A stretch of DNA of 63,987 nucleotides, counting the filler, from Basidiobolus ranarum (Eukaryota): assembly GCA_040143965.1 (NCBI GenBank). It is 4 parts of 4 records of this genome, joined end to end, with 100 filler letters (N's around TTAATTAATTAA, not from the genome) between each part and the next. Parts side by side here need not be neighbours in the genome. Positions count along the whole stretch, not along the records: positions 16,580 to 33,013 come from JASJQH010000342.1; positions 33,114 to 49,480 come from JASJQH010000344.1; 2 more parts are not named here. One strand, written 5' to 3'. Positions 25,186-37,847 of this stretch are shown one piece after another (the first letter of the stretch is position 1; each line of letters opens with the position of its first letter). The position numbers were made by a program, and so were the translations under genes. The notes under the pieces are model-generated. The model was not told the origin of the DNA. It did no database searches and worked only from the letters and a program-made list of their open reading frames with translations.

Positions 25186-27772
25186 ATGTTGGTTGCTGCT
25201 ATGAGCATTCGAGATATAAATTTCCCTTTGAATAATACACGGTTTCGTACCCAAGTAAGTACATACTCGCCCGAAGATATTAATATTTCCGATAGCGAAC
25301 TATCCGACTCTTCACTTTCTTCCGACGATGAAGACGAAGATTCTGACCACCATTTTCAACTACTCCCTCGTAAAATCCCCTCAAATTACCCAAGAAAAGT
25401 TCCATACAACACACAACAGTCTGCTACAAAAAGTTACACTCCTATAGAAGAGCCTTCTTCACCAGAGTCAGTTTTTATGAATGTAGTTCAATCTGACGAG
25501 GAAATCGAGTATATATCTAGAGATACTTCTCGTCCCATTAAAGCTGACTCACATGGTCAACCTGTATATTGCTTTTGTCGAAATGGTTATGACGGTATTG
25601 AATTAATGGTTGAATGCGATGGTTGCCAAGGTAGTTTATACAATATATGGAATATTTTTAGTTGAGTTTAAACTAATGTTTTTTAAAGAGTGGTTTCATG
25701 GAGCATGCGTGGGCTTAACACCTGATGACAGTGGTGTTGATCAACATCATTATTGTACAGTTTGCTTAACATCTCTGAACAGATCAATGCTTCACCCTGG
25801 CTCAAGGATTCTCAGTGAAGTCAATAAAATACCAACTAAGCGTTTACCAGGTATAATCCAAAATCCATACTAATCTTAGTTGTAGAAATCTTAATTCTTA
25901 CGTATTCATTCCGCTAGGATACTCTAAACACCTACAATCACCGGAATTCTCCGAGACCATTGTGAAGCTAGAGACTGACTCGGAGTTAGAGGAAACTATA
26001 GATGTACTTGACGATGATGTCGATGTTGATGATATATGTCCTGTTTGTGAGCTTGAATGTACTTGTGGAATGGGCAGCAATGTTAAGAAATTGTCAACAC
26101 GTAAGAGAAGCAATGGAACTGACTCTAATTTAGCGTCACGTAGAAAAATTCCCACACGCCGGCGTCGTTTCTCTATTAGCGCACTATCCATAACGACTGA
26201 TTCAGACGATTCAGAAAATAAGAAAGATTGGATTAAATCTCGAAGGAAAACCAAACCTATAAAATTAACCAAGACAAAGAATTCTTCACAAGTTAAAAGA
26301 AAAAAGAAACTCAAATTACGACCCGAAGAATTAAAGAAAGTCACAAAGCTATCGGAAGCAGAGGTAAGTCGAACTCTCCATTAGTCTAAATACTCATGGA
26401 CAGCGGTATATTAAGTGCAATTTTTAGAGTGACTCGAATCTGATAGTGGACATAGAGGTGAATGATGGTCGTGAAGATGAGTTAGGATCGCTTTCCTGTG
26501 TTTCTTCTGATTTCGTTGATATCGAAGGGTTGTCCGATAGTTCGGAGGCATTGGATTCCGAAGATATACCAGATATTCCATTGGAGTTTGACGAGGTTAC
26601 GATAGAGACAAGCGAGGATGTAGTGGAGGAACCGTCATTCACGCGATCAGGGTGGGAGTCGTCAAGCTTTGAAGAGTATTCAGACTTCCCATCAGGGTGG
26701 TCTGATACTGAGTCTTCGGGTAATGAGTCTCAACAAGATCTATTGAGGTTATTAGTTCCTGAGTCTCTTCATTCACACGCTCTCACTGGCCTCAATACAA
26801 GCAATCCAATCGTATCAAAACCATCAGTTTCTTTGCAGTACGCATCCATACCTGGCTCAGTTTCTACATCCACATCATCGTCAGACTTACTGTTTAGAGA
26901 CAACTCCGCCCTGACACATCCGTCAAATTCTCGGCTCATAACTACTCAACAGTTTGGTGTTCCAACTCACTTAAATGACACGTCACTCAAACTATTGTCA
27001 TCACCCCCTATTCCATCTTGTCTTAACCAGCAGTTATACTCAAAGTCCACCGAGATTAATGAGTGCCTTGATGATTCAAACGGTCTATCACACCCCTTAT
27101 CAAGCTCTAATGTAAGTTTGCTTGTTTCCATCCTGGTTAAATTTAAAGTGGTGACTAATTTATTATTCGATACTCTAGTCTCAGACAGGCAAGCGACGAA
27201 GAAGTAGTTCGACAGGAGTCGGTTCCGCGAAAGCAGCAGAGACCTTGACTGAAGTTGACCCACTTACCATTATTCCCATTGATGAGGTTGTAGACACCAA
27301 GAAACTCTATAGCTCATCTTCATCTCGGTCACCTTCACCAGAGCCCAGCTCTAAATCGTATCCAGAGTATTTACAAGCGTTGTCAAGATGGGATCGTATC
27401 CCTATTGGAACCTTTCGGCGTAGTCGACGTCGTACAAGTGCGCCGAAGCTCTCGGTATCCACAGCCATGAAGATGCCGAACTCCACACTGTTAAGCGACC
27501 ATACGTTGAATGTTGTTAGGAGAAATAATAATACTGGAAAGATTGTGATAAACCATGGATGTTCACCTTTGTTATATCCAGTGCTTGATTCGCATGTTCA
27601 TAACTATCCTACCAACCACAATCCAAACGAATATGAGGAAGTAAGAGACGACACTGATCCTCTCTTAGCACTCTTTTGTGTGGCTGACAATGATGATATA
27701 TTAGATGATCCACCGAATACTATTGAAAGAGTCAAAAATAGAAAGAGAAAAAGGAATAGACGTCGTCGTTAG
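25186..27772 (+). CDS. PHD-finger protein with long acidic/Ser-rich disordered regions; about 5 exons
   Basis: PHD VYCFCRNGYDGIELMVECDGC[intron]EWFHGACVGL…YCTVC. Co-oriented ORFs are separated by GT-AG introns, and there is a basic NLS-like C-terminus (KNRKRKRNRRRR). Confidence 0.8.
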
Positions 27773-28945
27773 CTTTCTTCAAATTTTTACATCCAAGTAC
27801 ACTTTTTTGTCTTTTTAACTTTATTCACCACATTTCGAATTGTGCATACCATCTAACTTCCTTTTGTTCTCGTAAAATTATTACCTCTATTTGGGATGTG
27901 TTTATCTACCTTTTTTTATCATTGTCAGCTTGTATTTTTCGTGTCATATTAACTCCTTCTAATTTGATTATTGTTTCTTTCCAATATATTGATCGCCCTC
28001 TGTTAATTAAAGGTGCATTTTTCTTTACATATATTAGAAAACTAGTGTCCAAGTATTTCCATAAATTATCTTTACAATGCTAATAGAATATGCTGATATT
28101 CATGTATCTAACTAGAGTAAGGTCAAATGTTTAATATGTTGAAATTAACATAGCCTAAACATCTATATAGTCATATATAACTTAGTGTTTAGTTATTCTA
28201 TATTGAACCAAGATATCACCCACTATTCTCAAGAGGCATTCACTTGGAATATTTTTCAAACTTTTCATAGAAGCCCCAAACTTTGTACACACGTTCCTGG
28301 GACCTTCCTTATCACATTCTACATGTTAGTTTGTCTACATCTTGACAAAACTATAAATGTTAACTGAATACTCAATAAATCAATGAAGTGAAAACTACCA
28401 ATTCTTCTAGTTCGAAAAACCACTTCCAACCAACTCCCAAAATACTTCAACATGATAAGCATATTTTTTTAGACCAAGATGGTGAAAGAGCTTTCAGAAT
28501 TGTAGTCGACTACATATGAACATTTACTGTATAAAATACTTAGTTACTAAACCATGGTAGGATATCAATTCATTAAACCTAGCCAATTAAACTTTTAATA
28601 AGAAATGGATCGAAACCGATGATTATCCAAATCTTTCATAGAGGATTTCGGTAAAGTTCTCAAGGTCCAAGAGTAAAAACCATGATAATTGGTATTAAAA
28701 CTTTACACTATTTTCAAGCCGTTACTGTAATCACAAAGAGGCCTATTTTTAATTACATAAAGAAATCATGTTTATTATGTATGTATGTAAATGGAACTAC
28801 GCTATGTTGTAAAATGAGATACAAAATGTGTTAATAAATAATGGGCTAAAGTATTGGATTATCTTAAACAACGACTATTCAGCTCGAATAATATACAAGG
28901 TAAAACAGCACCAGACTATGATAAACTAACTGGCGATAAAGGTGA

Positions 28946-29429
28946 CTAAATTGAGTGGTCGACGGTAGGTGAAGAGTTAAAGAGAAAATGTGCTGGAGCA
29001 CTGGATATGAAATATTCGTCGTCATCGTCGCCTTGACCTGCTGTGACGCGTTCTAAAAAGAAATTTGACTCAGTAAAATTAAAGTGGAAAGTAAAGTTAT
29101 AACATTAATATACCTTGTGGTTTAGAATTATCGTTGAATAACATTTGCTGTACTAGCAAATTGGGTGTTAAGTCTAATCCAGATGCTGAAGTGGAGCGGA
29201 TAGAGCCGGCCTCACCACTTGCAGAAGTGTGATTTTGAGAAAAGTTGATACTTTGGATGTTCCGTGGTACATCCTCCCATTCATCTTCCTCTTTTGTAGA
29301 ATAAAAGGAGTTTGTTGCGAATATGCTTCTTTGAGAAACACTACCCCACTTGCCGGCTAACCGGTAAGTAATGGGTATAGAGTTGGTAGTGGATTTTGAT
29401 ACTGGTAATAATCTTTGAATAAAAGACAT
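28946..29429 (-). CDS. Hypothetical protein with mitochondrial-presequence-like N-terminus; 2 exons
   Basis: ORF 29429-29097 starts with an R/K/S/T-rich, acid-free segment. A GT-AG intron leads to a second exon ERVTAGQGDDDDEYFISSAPAHFLFNSSPTVDHSI*. Confidence 0.55.
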
Positions 29430-30352
29430 GTCTATCCGTAATAAAATAATTTACAAAAGAAAATTGTTACTACAATGATAGTTTGAATAAACCAGCGAAA
29501 GTGTGATTTAAATAGATTATTCGTGTAAATATTTTCCCACTACACACGTAACTATGTTCAAGTGATCCCCAACTTGTAGAGCCATCGTTGCCTTTAAAGT
29601 AGTTATCCCCACTATTTTGAAATTTGACTACTCTGATTCATCCTCTAACAGCCACCTAAAGCATTCATGTCTCAAACCAAGTATTCTTGCAGGTGTAGAA
29701 TTTTCTTCATATCTCTATTGACGATCCAATATAATCTAGAATATGAGTAGAGATATTGGGGTAGCTTATTGTAAAAAAAACTCATCAGACTAACCTTATT
29801 TGGATAAAGTAAAAAGGTTAATATAATCACTACTCAATCCATCAGTCCAGCTTTCTCCAAACATCGAGACATAGACTGATTCATATATGAAGGAGAACCT
29901 GGTTATAGTCAGGGTCGCACTAATATTTATCAGGTACTGCTAATTTGGTCTCATATTCTCGTTAATCAAGTGTTGTGATTTCAAACATCTACATTTTGAT
30001 AATACGAGATGGGTTTGATCTTTTTCCTTACTCTTGCATAGTGTGTTTCCGAATCGAAATCGATTATGCACTGTAGAATGGAGTAATCCAAAACGGATAA
30101 ATGTTCCATATATAACTTGTAGCTTAAATACTGAGGTGATATTTCTGGCTAAGCATAGTTATGTATACATGCATGATGATGCATGAACTTCTAGTATAGA
30201 TGATTTATAAACCGTTTCAACATATAGCTATAGAAAAATCCCAATTCTAGGTATGCATCATACTGGATAAACCAGCACCAAGTAGATGAATAAAATGCTT
30301 TATTGTATTGTCAAAATAGTATATTACAGAAATGTTTTTTGTGATGAGAACA

Positions 30353-31012
30353 CTAACGTTTGAGTAAAAACTTCCAGCCAAATAGAGCAGCCTTTCTAGC
30401 TAATCCTGGGGATAGAGCGGCTGCAAATGGAATGCGTAGAGGAATTAGGAGCTTGTGAATCCCAAGGGCAATTAAAATAGTCGAAGTCCATGACAAGGAA
30501 CCACTACGCATTTGTGCTTCAGCTTCGCCATTTTCTGATGTTTCTTTACCGATTCCCAAGAACCCGAACCACTTGTATAACGTTTCTCTCATCGGTTTAA
30601 CATATTGCTCACCACCAACACGCACTAACCACACTGTGAACAAATAATCTGCAACCGATACTCCTAAATATGCTACAGTGGCGACCTTTCCATACTTTCT
30701 CAAGAATCCTGGTTTTTTCTCCTTCTTTTTACCAAAGCCAAAAAGTGTTCGTTGAGATATAGTAACAGGCGAGCGTGATCCAAATGAAGTGTTTATTTTC
30801 GTACGAGCTGCATTATGTAGTGAGAGAGGAGTGACACGGCGAATTGTATGAAGTTCGGCTGTTCTTAAACGAGAAGATGCAGACTTTGATGCTTTCACTT
30901 GATACTGAGATACCCTTTGCAATATACTAGGATTATTCAAGTAAGATCTGAAAGCTAACCCTGAAGCCTTGGATAAACTTGGAAGCTTCACTGCCTTGGA
31001 GATAAAGCTCAT
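30353..31012 (-). CDS. Mitochondrial membrane protein, DUF1279/FAM210 (Nat2 C-terminal-like) family
   Basis: Long basic presequence, then LRKYGKVATVAYLGVSVAD…ILIALGIHKLLIPLRIPFAAALSP, which matches the DUF1279 pattern. Confidence 0.78.
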   Translation of the reverse strand: MSFISKAVKLPSLSKASGLAFRSYLNNPSILQRVSQYQVKASKSASSRLRTAELHTIRRVTPLSLHNAARTKINTSFGSRSPVTISQRTLFGFGKKKEKKPGFLRKYGKVATVAYLGVSVADYLFTVWLVRVGGEQYVKPMRETLYKWFGFLGIGKETSENGEAEAQMRSGSLSWTSTILIALGIHKLLIPLRIPFAAALSPGLARKAALFGWKFLLKR

Positions 31013-31837
31013 ATTGTATTAGTGTAGGTATATAGTGCTGGATTGTAGAAACGGTAAGTCAAGGAGAGCTGAACGTTGATGTTATATAGTAAATGGCAAA
31101 GCTATCAAATTAAAATGACGATTCATCAGAAGTTTTCTAAAATTGGACTGGTAGTCACATGGGGTTTACCTCATCTCCTTTTCAAAAGGAATGTCTAAAT
31201 TTTTTATGACGGTTGGTTCGAATAATCAACGTCATAAAGAAACGTCATCACCTACAATTCCTCATCTGGTTACCTTTTCCTCTCCACAACCCTTTGATCA
31301 CATGAGCATAACGTTAACATCAAACATGTAACTAGATATTAGTTAAGCGAAGGCCTGTAAGATGGCGTTTCCTACAAAGTGGTTCGATCCTGGCCATAGA
31401 TCGCAATGATATTTCAAGAGAAGTCAAAGTATAACTGGTACATATGTGTATATGCCAATCCCTATTGTGAAACGTACATAAATGCATGTTAAATTTTTAA
31501 AAAAATCTCCGATATTCAAGGAATGGGGCGTAGGTCTAGGGGCAGAAAGAATCAATATCAAAGCCGGAAATTTCAGAGAAAAAGTCAACACAAATAAGGA
31601 GCTATAGAGGCAGGGATATGATCACTAAAAATAAAGTAACATATACTTTACAAAGTAGAAAATGAATGGGAGGTTCTATATGTACAAACGGCTTTACTAG
31701 TGCACATAACTTAGCCTTATTAAGACTGCAGCCGTTACTAAGAGCAAGCTAACGTCAAATCACCGGTATATATAGAGCCAGGAAGTATCTTTTATTTATC
31801 AAAGCAATCTGAGTATCTTATCCCATCTATAGAAATC

Positions 31838-32299
31838 ATGAAGTTTACCGTTTTTGCCTTGGCTCTCATTTCCTCAACCAATTCAGTATTTGCAGCTGAT
31901 GGGTGTATAGGTAAGGCTATTCTTGCCATTTCACTAGAGATATCTAGGAATTAACATGATTTCTTAGGCTTTGCCATCACTAGCCCTAAATCGTGCTCTA
32001 AAGAGTTCAAACTTGGCGCAGGTACACCACAAACTATAAAGTGGGCCCTAGGCGACTCCTGTGTAGAGAAAATAGTTAACGTCGAACTGGTCAGCAAGGT
32101 TGAAAGTGATGGAGCGTCCTCCAGTCGTTCGATTGTTCTCCAAAATGAGGCTATACCCAGTAAAGATGGTCAAACAGTTGTACAATTACCCAAGGATTTC
32201 ATCCCGAATGTTGACCACGTTTTTGAGGTGCGCGGTGTTACCAAGGACGGGCAAATATGCAAGGCAGAATCTAGAAAATTCACAATATGTGAGCAGTAA
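31838..32299 (+). CDS. Small secreted cysteine-containing protein (134 aa), Kre9/Knh1-N-like beta-sandwich; 2 exons (31838-31910, 31968-32299)
   Basis: Not in the ORF track. Spliced translation MKFTVFALALISSTNSVFAADGCIGFAITSPKSC…QTIKW…ICKAESRKFTICEQ shows a signal peptide, the ITSP…I.W…S..F.I pattern and 5 Cys. A TATATATA lies upstream and AATAAA downstream. Confidence 0.8.
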
Positions 32300-32623
32300 T
32301 CAATATTCGTAAGAGTTTTTAACACGAAATTACAAAGTTAGTTCTATTTCTATATAAATTATACATCAATGTTAGACGTGTTTATTTATTAAATAAAGAC
32401 ATGAATCATGACTAAATCAAATCTCTGAGCCCGTCAGATTGATATGGCTCAGTTGCTCATGGATAGTGGAATTGAGATGAAAAAAAAAAGAAATTGATTT
32501 TTCTTGATTGTAATCGAAAAAAAAGGCCCCTAATCTATGAATGTTGGCTGGGGTGGAATCATAAAAGCCTGAAGATTGTTTTCGGCTCTACCTCCTTTTC
32601 TGTTCAGACAGTAAATCGTCAAT

Positions 32624-33013
32624 ATGAGGTATGTTACTTTAGAATCTATTCGTATTCATTAGCCATCCATTTGGTTCATGAATATAGCTCAGTATCAAAT
32701 CGTTCATCTTTTAACCTAATTCTATTCTCTTCTATAGCAAGATCTCCGTCGCCGCTGTCAGAGAATGCGTTCGCACTCTCATGACTGAATCTCAAGAGAA
32801 ACAACGCAAGTTCACTGAAACCGTTGAACTCCAAATCGGTCTCAAGAACTACGATCCCCAACGTGATAAACGTTTCTCTGGAACCGTCAAGCTTCCTCAC
32901 GTTCCTCGTCCCAAGATGTCTGTCTGCATTCTTGGTGATGCTCATCACTGCGATCAAGCCAAGGAACAAGGTTTGGAATCCATGTCTGTTGAAGACCTCA
33001 AGAAGTTGAACAA
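32624..33013 (+). CDS. RPL1: 60S ribosomal protein uL1 (L1/L10a), 5' part, truncated by contig end
   Basis: A 5-nt first exon ATGAG and intron 32629-32737 give [13 protein letters not shown]…[31 protein letters not shown]. Codon usage is strongly biased. Confidence 0.96.
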
Positions 33014-33113
33014 NNNNNNNNNNNNNNNNNNNNNNNNNNNNNNNNNNNNNNNNNNNNTTAATTAATTAANNNNNNNNNNNNNNNNNNNNNNNNNNNNNNN
33101 NNNNNNNNNNNNN
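33014..33113. other. Artificial contig linker (N44-TTAATTAATTAA-N44)
   Basis: Identical 100-nt linker. Confidence 0.97.
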
Positions 33114-34473
33114 GTGGGTTCTGTGACGTAGCAAGCTGAGATGGATAATAGTGCAGTTTCGGAATGCAATCTACACATTTCGAGGCTGAATTGAATTTCC
33201 TAATGTTGTTACGCATCCAGCTATTCTTGGATATCCAAAAGCCATAGCCCACTCACCACCCACAATAAAGTCAGAATCCTGTTATGTATGGCGTGGTGCC
33301 ATTCGTCCTTGAGATGTATCGTGACAGTCAGAGTTCAAAGCAGATGTCTTCCTCTACTGAGCCCCGTATTGGAGCAAACCATTGGGGCTGGGTTTATCAC
33401 ATGAATGCGGTTAGACACGATGCTACAACTCCGTAGAGACTAACCACAAAAGAGTCATCAATCCAAGTCTTTCGGATGGTAATTGAGGCTTCGCAAGTCG
33501 TATATCGAAATCCAGGGTGGAAAATTTTCAGTGGGTGATGATTCGTCTCGCTTGCACTAAGACATCTGACTCGATATTCACAGCCTCAGATCGATTTAAT
33601 CGCTCATGAGTCTCCACTGATCCACTGATCGATGCTCTTAACAAGTCACTATGGGCGTGGCATTTGTCATTACTGATCCTGTGTTAGAAGCCAAATCCAT
33701 TCTTCCTGATCCGCATGACAAACATTGCCCATTTCCTTTGCGGTAAAATAGCAGTCCTGGTGATATGTGATTCAAGTCCGATCCATGCGGGCAATATAGA
33801 GAAGCTTCGGTATCAATCTTCGAGCAGACATTGGATAAACTGGTTACTTAATATCCGATAAGGCAAGATGTAATCCATTGTTCCTTTCCATAATATTCTA
33901 ACACTTTTGATCTCAAACATTACATAACCGTGTCATAAGAGGAAATATATTGTTGACTGTAATGGGACTAGGGGTTAATGAGCTTTTGTATCGCCTCTTT
34001 ATTCTAATCGGCATTTCCTTTTTTTTTCATTACCGTTCAGAGTATTGTCACCTGGAGAAATTGCTAGCATTTCGTCTTTTCTCGTTTAAATTAAATACTC
34101 CGAGTCTGCCCTGGTTTGATCAAATAGTCTGTATATAGTCCTGTCCCCATATTCTCAAGTAGCCTTTTCGTGGATAGTTGGTTTAAAGCGAACCTGCTTT
34201 TCTTGCCAGCAACCTTCCATATCTGATTGATTCCATATCTATATCATTTGCATTTGATAAATACCTCACTCCCGGCTATAGAGGTTATCGCAGCGTTTCG
34301 AAGCCCCCCTCATCCGCAGATTCTTTATTTTCACGGCTCGTTTGTGAATCTCGAGGGAAGCAAGGATTTTGTAAGGCTCATTCTCTTTCCACTTGTGTGT
34401 TAGCACCTGTCACCGTTGGCTAATTCTATTCTCTCTTGGTTCGCTAGCTACATATATATTTTTTTAACCTCTA

Positions 34474-37400
34474 ATGTCGGCAAGTCCAAGTTCCTCTAAT
34501 CAGCAATTCTTAACGGAGCTGAAAGGTACTTGAATTGAATTTATCCCACACTGTAACGGAGGTCAAGTTTACTAACTCCTTTCTTTGCAGAGAGCGATGT
34601 TGACGTAAACTCTTCTACCACAGTCACAATATCCTCGGAAAAACCATATATTAACCATGACACTAGCCGGAAAAGTTACCAACTTCGTGCTTTGGTGCGT
34701 ACTTTTTACCAACACTGGTTTGAATTCTGTTACTCACACCCACCCATTTTTATTAGGGCAGAAAAACTATCTCTTACCAGAAGAGACAGTGGTTTGTGAA
34801 TATCTGCTGTTTGAGGTACTTCAACGATACATGAACTTGTTCTCTTTTAATTTCTGACACTACATAGATGCTAACTCGTCTTTATCTTTGAAAGTCTTTG
34901 CCCGTTCATGATGGTTGCCATTGGTGGTATATTGGGGATAGTGGTGACTCACCTTATCCGAAAAAACTCTCCTTTGCCTTCAGGTTAGAGAACCCTGTTT
35001 TCTTGATCCTTAGCGAAATATGTATCTAACTCACAATGTAATACAGAGTATATAATGTGTTCTTCGGTTTTGGCCTCCGATCAGTATGGACTTCCCAACC
35101 CAATCACTGATCTTCCTACCACACCCCACAGCGAGGTTCCAAACTCAAAATATCCCAGAGATGTTTATGATTTGAATTTCTTCTTAACTGGGGTTGGATT
35201 CAATGCACTGAGTGATCTATCTGCCAATAATCTTCAATCTTGCGTCTTCTGGTTCGAACATAACTATCCCTTCAGATATCCATATGAGCGCAACCCTGAA
35301 GTTAACCAAGGTGTCCGCAAAGACACCACCTTCAAACCAGATCCTGCCGGTGGTTGGTTCGGCCAGTCGCTATTGGCGAATCCAGCTGTAATTGCTTCCA
35401 TGCAAACATTCCCGTGGTTAATTGTACTCGATAAGCCTGGGATTAATTCTGGTCAAAAGGAAATGCGCCCACCTCTACTGGATAATGTTCTAAATGGAAT
35501 TGGTCCAAGTGTGAACGATAGCGGCATACTTGGGTTGATACCAACTGATTATTTCTTGGATTTTAGTAATGTAACCAAAGTTCCGAAGGCCATACCTAAC
35601 GATGACTTATCAGAAATCTTTCAGTTGGTTCAAGATGGAAATGTCCCACAAGTCCAGCAAGTCCCCTATTTTAATAAAATAGCTGGGTCACCGTCAGATG
35701 TGGATGATCAAATATTGTCTAGCATCCAGACCACCATTAAACTGTTGAAAAATCTAGGCAACATACCAGATGATGTTTCCAAATTGGCTCGCTACTACTC
35801 CAAACTGGTGAAAATATACAAAACATTGCCATGGGGATCTATAATATTCGACCAAGCCAGTTCTGCTAATCTCAATTGGGACTACACAATGCAGATCGGA
35901 ATGGATACGCGAGTTAACAGTGCCGTATCCACCTATCCTAAACGCGGGATAAGAAACATTGCTTTGCAGGCCAAACTAAGTACCGCCTTTCTCAAGAGCT
36001 CCCCCAAGGGCTCTAACGCTACTATCAGCCATGGATTTCGAGTGATGCCTCAACTCCTATCCACCGAAATAGACATCCCGATTGACAGCTTTATCGGAGG
36101 TATTTTGTATCCGTTTGGGGTCTCTTTCCTTATTCCTATATTTGTTATCATCTTGGTGAAGGAAAAAGAAGATCGAATCCTAGTGATGATGCGAATGAAT
36201 GGACTTAGCCCCCGTGCCTACTATATTGCTCATTATGTGCATTTTTACATACTGCATGTTGTTTCATCCATCGTTTTCGTCATATCTGGGGTTGCATTTG
36301 GGATGGGTATCTTTACCCAAACACATCCCTTCGTCTACATATTTTTACTATTCATGTGGGGGCATGCACAAATCGCCATTGCTTTCTTGTTAAGCTCATT
36401 CTTCGGAAAGACCCGTACCGCGTTGGTAACTAGTTTCCTGATCGTTTTATGCGGGGTAATTTGTAACCTTGGATTTGAAGTTATTTTCAACGGAAACACC
36501 CCAATGGTGTACTATTTCTGGCTACCATTTGCCTTCTATCACGGGCTTCATGTTATGAACATGGCTAGTATCGATCCTTCGATTAGACCATACTCCCTGG
36601 TCAATTTCTTGTATCCGGATGATCTCGCTAAATCTCTTATTGCCCTCGGAGTGGGGACCATAATCTATCTGTTGATTGCTGCATATTTAAACTCCATCAT
36701 GCCTAGCGCTTACGGAGTTAGAAAACCTTGGTACTTTATCTTTACCGCACCGTTTAAGATGTGTCGCAAAAAGCAGAAGATCGATGAAGATTTAACATAC
36801 ATACCACCAGCAGGGAGTAAAGAGCTATTATTTGAAGACGAGGATGTTCGCATGGAGAGAGAGCGAGTACTAAATGAAAAATACATCAACCACTCACCAT
36901 TGGTCATGAAGGGCATGAGAAAAGAATACTCGGGTAACAAAATAGCAGTTAAGAATGTGACTTTCTCCGTTGAACCGAACATCATCTTCGGTTTATTAGG
37001 ACCCAATGGTGCCGGAAAGACTACTTTGATCAGTATCTTGACTGGTCTATACGAACCCACTTCTGGTCAGGCTTATCTTGGTGGATTCAATGTAAATACA
37101 GAGATGAAGCAGGTTTATTTAAACACCGGTGTATGTCCTCAACATGATATTCTTTGGGAAGATCTCACTGTCGATGAGCACTTGCTTTTTTATGCAAGAT
37201 TAAAAGGAGTTAAACCGTCCGAAGAAAATGCCAGAATTGAAAAAGCACTAGCCAGTGTGTCATTGCAAAAGTTCAAACATAGACTATCAAAAGGACTTAG
37301 CGGTGGAGAGAAGCGTCGATTATCAATCGCAATTGCCCTAATCGGTTCGCCAACAGTGGTGTTTTTAGATGAACCTACTACTGGTTTGGATCCTGAGGTA

Positions 37401-37847
37401 AAGCGACTTATTTGGGATATCATTAGTGATGCCAAACAAGGACGTACTATTGTGTTAACTACACATTCGATGGAAGAGGCCGAGGTCCTGTGTAATCGGA
37501 TCGGAATCATGGCGCACGGTACTTTGAGATGTATTGGACCGCAGCTCAGATTGAAGCAAGTATACGGCAAAGGATTCAAACTAACCTATAATTGTAAAGC
37601 AGAAATGGCGAATGAAGCGGCCAAATTTGTAGAAAGCCTTTTACCACCTGGTTGGAAACAGATTGACGGCTTTGCTACTAACGCATCATACGAATTTATG
37701 CCAGCGGCTGGCTCTATTCCATTGCTATTCGAGAGGATGGAAGTATACAAAGAGCAATATGGGATTATAGATTGGGGTCTTAGCCAGACCAGTCTGGAGG
37801 AAGTTTTCTTAAGGATCATACACGAAGCCGAGGCTGATGCTGAGTAA
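34474..37847 (+). CDS. ABCA-subfamily half-size ABC transporter (TMD with large exoplasmic loop plus one NBD); 4 small 5' exons and one long exon
   Basis: Walker A GPNGAGKTT, signature LSGGEKRRLSIA, DEPTTGLDP, TTHSMEEAEVLC and LSQTSLEEVFL, plus the ABCA hallmark LVKEKEDRILVMMRMNGL. The 5' exons give SYQLRAL-GRKTISYQKRQW. Confidence 0.92.

Noticed and set aside
31335-31400. tRNA-like words (GTTAAGCG, CTGTAA, GGTTCGATCC)
   Set aside because: The T-stem and acceptor stem do not pair, so no cloverleaf can be built.
32100-32312. 70-aa + strand ORF in the track
   Set aside because: Wrong frame. It overlaps exon 2 of the secreted protein gene.
32629-32737. Possible intronic snoRNA in the RPL1 intron
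   Set aside because: No C (RTGATGA) / D (CTGA) box pair or H/ACA layout is visible.
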